From positions 48,608,001 to 48,672,000 of the forward strand of contig NC_043007.1 in assembly GCF_006345805.1 (NCBI RefSeq): a stretch of 64,000 nucleotides of DNA. The letters run 5' to 3'. Source of the DNA: Octopus sinensis (Eukaryota). The position numbers and the translations under genes are program-made. A model generated the notes under the pieces. The model was not told the origin of the DNA and did no database searches. It worked only from the letters and a program-made list of their open reading frames with translations. The stretch's first letter is position 1, and the number at the start of each line of letters is the position of its first letter. This document shows positions 59,728 through 64,000 of the stretch, in pieces.

Positions 59728-61187
59728 GATATTGAAATTTAAACTACCAAACATATATATGCCAACTTTACTTTCAATTGTTCCTTAATTTTTTTTTTTT
59801 TACCAAAATCAGTTCTCTCTACAAATCCCCAAACATCTAAAAACAACTCAAATGTGGATACACAGGCATTCAGCCCATCTGCCTTCATTTCTCATTACTT
59901 GTACTATTATAAACACTGAGATTTAAACTCCAGTTTTAGATCCTGCTACAAACAGTCAATTATTGACGTCAGTTACCTAGATTGGGAACATTGTACAAGT
60001 AGGCGTATTGAGGGGTGACACGTCATAGTCATGGGAATAGAAGAATGAGGCAGGTGTACTGACTGGACCAAGGTGGACTTTGATAGTATCGCAGCCTTGG
60101 ATAGGGACACAAGAACTGTTTTTGAAGAGAGTCTGTCACAGCATGCTGTAGCACTTTGTTGTTTGTAATAGTGTTAATGTGTTCATTAGAGAAGGTGTGA
60201 TTATTAGTCAGGTGTTAAGGAAGGTGGAGTGTGGTCAAAAATTACATTCAATCATGATGTTATCAGCAGCTGAGAGATAATAAATACCTTCTGTGATAAT
60301 TACTGACCTCTGACTCCCTATTCAAGTCTGTGTGTGTGAGAAAGTGAGTATGGTTGTGTGTATGTGCGTGGGGAGGGGGTATATGTGTGAGTGGGTGGGT
60401 ATGTGTTTGAGTATGGGGGTTATGTGTGTGTGTAAGTGTATATGAGTATGTGTACAAATGTGCATGCATATGTGAGTGTGTATGTATGTGTGCATGTGTG
60501 TGAATGCTCGTGTATGCACATGAGGGTATGTATGAGTGCGTCTCTATGTGAGAGCATGCATGTGTGTGTGTCTGTCTGTCTGTCTGTCTGTGTGTCTTTA
60601 TACCTGAGGTTGCGTCCACGAGTGGGATTATCTGTGCATGTGTGTATGTATGTGTGTGTGTGCACATGCATGCATGTGTGTGCTTATGTGTGTTTATAAA
60701 TAATTAATGACATGGAATCTCATGACAATATATTGTACTTTTACTAAATTTAAAAGAATTTACATTCTCAGACAGTTTTATTAATATAAATTAACAATAA
60801 TGCAACTTGAAAGATTGACTAATCTATGTAAATTTTCACACATAAAAAGTACATGTACATTTGAAAGGCTGATGTATGGGTGTATGCTCGGATATACACA
60901 TGCATATATATGCGTGTGTGTGTGTATAAGTATCAATACCCATGTATGTTGACACATAGTTTCACTTAATTCCTCAGTTTGTAATATCAATTTTTTAAGA
61001 GACTCTGAGTCTACATTTACAGTAGAGGCCTGTCTAGATTTCGTTAATTTCTTAGACATTACTCTAGGGTTAAATTATTTTACATATACTGACTTGAAAA
61101 ATTAAAAGAATAAAAAGCTACATTACATCCAGAAATCCTTCAATCACCCAAAAAAGAATTATTAACAGTTTAGTTAAAAATACTTGT

Positions 61188-61415
61188 TTAACCTGTTAGC
61201 ATTTAAACCAGCCATAGCCAGCCTAAATATTCTCCCTGTTTTATATTCAGAGCAGGCAGATCTGGCTTCTCACAAATACTCTACAATGACATTCTAACAA
61301 TAAACAATCACACAACTAAAATCTTGAAGCTATAAGATGATGAATGATAAATTTAAAACAGTGTGAATAAATAAGCATAACATATGACAAGGTTAACTGA
61401 ATGCTAAAGGATTAA
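61188..61415. mobile_element. piggyBac-like MITE (same family as 40489-41281)
   Basis: ttaa|cctgttagcatt ... aatgctaaagga|ttaa. Confidence 0.78.
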
Positions 61416-62469
61416 TCTCTTCCTAGTTTATCTCAAGATATCTCAAAGTTTGATATTGTTATTCTTTGTGAAAGGCACAAAAATATTACCTAAAAATATA
61501 TAATGGACTAGTAACATGATGTAATTCCATAGTCTTCCAACCTTTCTGGACCATTCTCACACACATAAATTGCCTTATGAACTTTCTAAGCCTGTTAGCC
61601 AGATGTGATAAGCACTGACAGAACTTTTTTTGTTAGATTCTGCTCAATACTCAGAGACAGCATGCATGGATATACAGCTCACTCACGACAGTTGTTATTA
61701 ATTCTGCAATTCATTGAACAAACTATCACAAAATATCATCTGTATATTTCATATCCAAAAGTTGAAGACCTTTGACATTTCCCTATCCTATTTATTTTTT
61801 CCTCAATATTTTCCTGTGGATATTCCTCCTACTAAAAAGAAGAAATATTTCAACAAGACAATGCAAAATTTGTGCAATGAAATGAGACAGTAGCAGAATA
61901 AAAATTCATAAACACTTTAAATATATGTATCTAACCTGTAATGTTTGCTTATGTGTAATACCATGTTTCCATACATGTTACCATACCAAATAAATAATGC
62001 CTGTTTATTGCAAATAAAGTATGTTTACCCTCTTATTTTTTACTCCTTTTTTCTGCTTTCTTATAATTATAATCAGAAAATATGTATGTAAAAAAAAATG
62101 CGATGTTTCATGATTGCGTCAACAGGTTTTTATTGTGTATCATCTAATAACATATGATATTAAATAGCAGAATGTTTTCAGCAATAATAAACAACAAAAA
62201 GTATTCATTCTAAGTAAAAAAAAAAAAAGAATTCAATTCAAAATAAAACACATGCTGGGAAATAATTAATTTGGGAAGGGGTTAAAGCTATCCCAATATC
62301 TTCAAAAGAACAGTTTTCAATGAAATCTCTGTACACTGCAATGAAGTCCTTAGAAGAAGCAGTTTTAATATGGAAGAAGTAAAATATATTCCTAATTAAA
62401 CCAGTCCCTTGAAAAGAAGTAAAAACAAAAAAGAACACATCTCTGGTACACTTCACCTTTCAATTTACA

Positions 62470-63200
62470 CAGGGGCCACAATTGCCTTAAAAATGTGAGG
62501 GGGACAAACCAACATTTGTTGATTTTTAAAGGAGCATGTTAGTATTGCTTATGGTGCCTTTCCCGGACCCTGTCACATAAGTAAAATGTTATGCTAATTA
62601 AATTTTATATACTCAAATGAAGTTCAGATATAAAAATAATAAGCTTCAAAAGAATTTATCATATTAAATAAACAAAAAAATTAAACAGATGTTTGAATAA
62701 AAAATATTAAGTAAATTTATTATCTGTTAGAACTTTCCAAATGTATCATATCTCACATCATAGCTATCAATGAATAATTTAGCAACTTCCTCACAACTAA
62801 TCTTTTCCAAAACATCTCTAAGAATGTGGCATAGTAGAGTATGATTCAACCTTTGCTGAGTCATGGTCGATTGCACTCAAGTTTTGAGTGTCCGCAGAGT
62901 GCTAAAAGATCTTTTAGCTTCACAGGAACTGGATGGAAACTAAAAGTAATTTGAGCAATTGCTCAACATTTGGAAACATGCGATGGACTTCTCATTGCAT
63001 TTCACTGAATATTTTACGATGATCCTTGAGAGATGATCCACTATGATGATTTCTATAAAAACGTATTTCATTCTTTAAAGAAAATTCACCAGGCTCTGGA
63101 TACTGTATGATCACTTCAGCACAAAAATTTTCATTGAGTAAGATATTGCTCAGTCTTCCATAATCTGCTCTAAATTCTGTGATAAAAAAATAATCTTTCA
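62470..63200 (-). pseudogene. hAT transposase remnant (C-terminal dimerisation domain)
   Basis: MFPNVEQLLKLLLV...SCEAKRSFSTLRTLKT..QSTMTQQRLNH.LLCH across frameshifts. Confidence 0.85.
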
Positions 63201-63429
63201 ACTTTGCTATGGCAGTCATGGGAACAGGGGGTGCAGTGTGTGTGTGTGGGGGGTCAATTGCACCCCCTAAAATTTTGTGGGGAGTGCAAAATTCAATATT
63301 GCACCCTCTACATACCATTCTCAGGCTTAGAAAACAGTGTATTGATCTGTAAAAAGTTGAAGTTAGGTTTCTTCACAAAATAAAAACTAATATAAAAATA
63401 AATAAAATAAAAACTCAGAAAATGGCTGT

Positions 63430-64000
63430 TTGACCTCCTACATGATAGGAGACAATCTGTTGCTGGAAATGGTTTTCTGTCTGCAAAGTCACCTGTAATA
63501 AGTGGTATTCCTCAGGGAATGGTTCTAGGACTATTATTATTTATCATCAACCTATCAGAAGTGCATGCATCCAAACTAATGAGTTACGCCAATGATGCAA
63601 AAATATCAATGGCTATCCAAACTCCAGATGATACTGTTACACTCCAAAATGAGATATACATCATTTATCAATGAGTAGATTAAAACAATATGAAATTTAA
63701 TACAACAAAATTTCAGGTTCTTCATGACAGATGGAATACATACAAATCACAATGATTCAGAGCACTAATGACATACAGGACTTAGGTGTAATCATGTCAA
63801 ATGATGTATCTTTCATTAGCCACATCACCAAACTAGCTTCTAAATGCAGACATCTTATAGGATGGGTTCTACAAACCTTCATGACAAGAGAACCATAGAA
63901 AACTATGGAAAACCTCAGTTCTGAGCAAGTTAGATTACTGCTCAGAACTTTGATCTCATAAAAGAAACTGAAGGTTTATGAAGAACATTCATCAGTAAAA
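63430..64000 (+). pseudogene. CR1/Jockey-like LINE reverse transcriptase remnant
   Basis: SPVISGIPQGMVLGLLLF...SYANDAK...NNMKFNTTKFQ...DLGVI, with stops. Confidence 0.85.

Noticed and set aside
61687-61830. Exon-like segment on minus with good acceptor (tttcttctttttagtag) and donor (gtgagt)
   Set aside because: There are stop codons in all three frames.
62238-62456. 72-aa ORF with an acceptor-like site
   Set aside because: No recognisable domain, no donor site, and it lies beside hAT debris.

Overview
This is AT-rich, repeat-dominated eukaryotic DNA, not prokaryotic. The microsatellite load and the RTE-LINE and tRNA-SINE families suggest an octopod cephalopod; that is an inference from repeat style. 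One host gene is recognisable: the 3' part of a FAM161A/B-family (ciliary/centriolar) gene on the minus strand, with three exons joined in phase at 54968-54834, 44647-44560 and 38285-37869. Almost everything else is mobile DNA. It includes a near-intact full-length RTE LINE (10118-14450, minus) whose ~1100-aa ORF2 is broken by one 1-nt deletion and carries a PHD finger inside the RT. It also includes many truncated RTE copies, R4/Dong-like RLE LINE remnants embedded in (TTA)n, Penelope, CR1-like, mariner, hAT and piggyBac-like relics, and several SINE families. The most unusual signals are three. First, RTE 3'UTRs are built from a ~61-nt module with predicted RNA structure, amplified to 15 units with a 370-nt higher-order repeat (53191-54141) and serially restarted at the ORF2 stop codon (55241-56786), on either side of a symmetric FAM161 exon. 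Second, fold-back palindromes and inversions are frequent at retroelement junctions and (TA)n tracts. Third, the FAM161 C-terminus appears to be supplied by an antisense repeat. All family assignments come from visual motif recognition, not database searches, and repeat boundaries are approximate unless TIR, TSD or splice sites are quoted.
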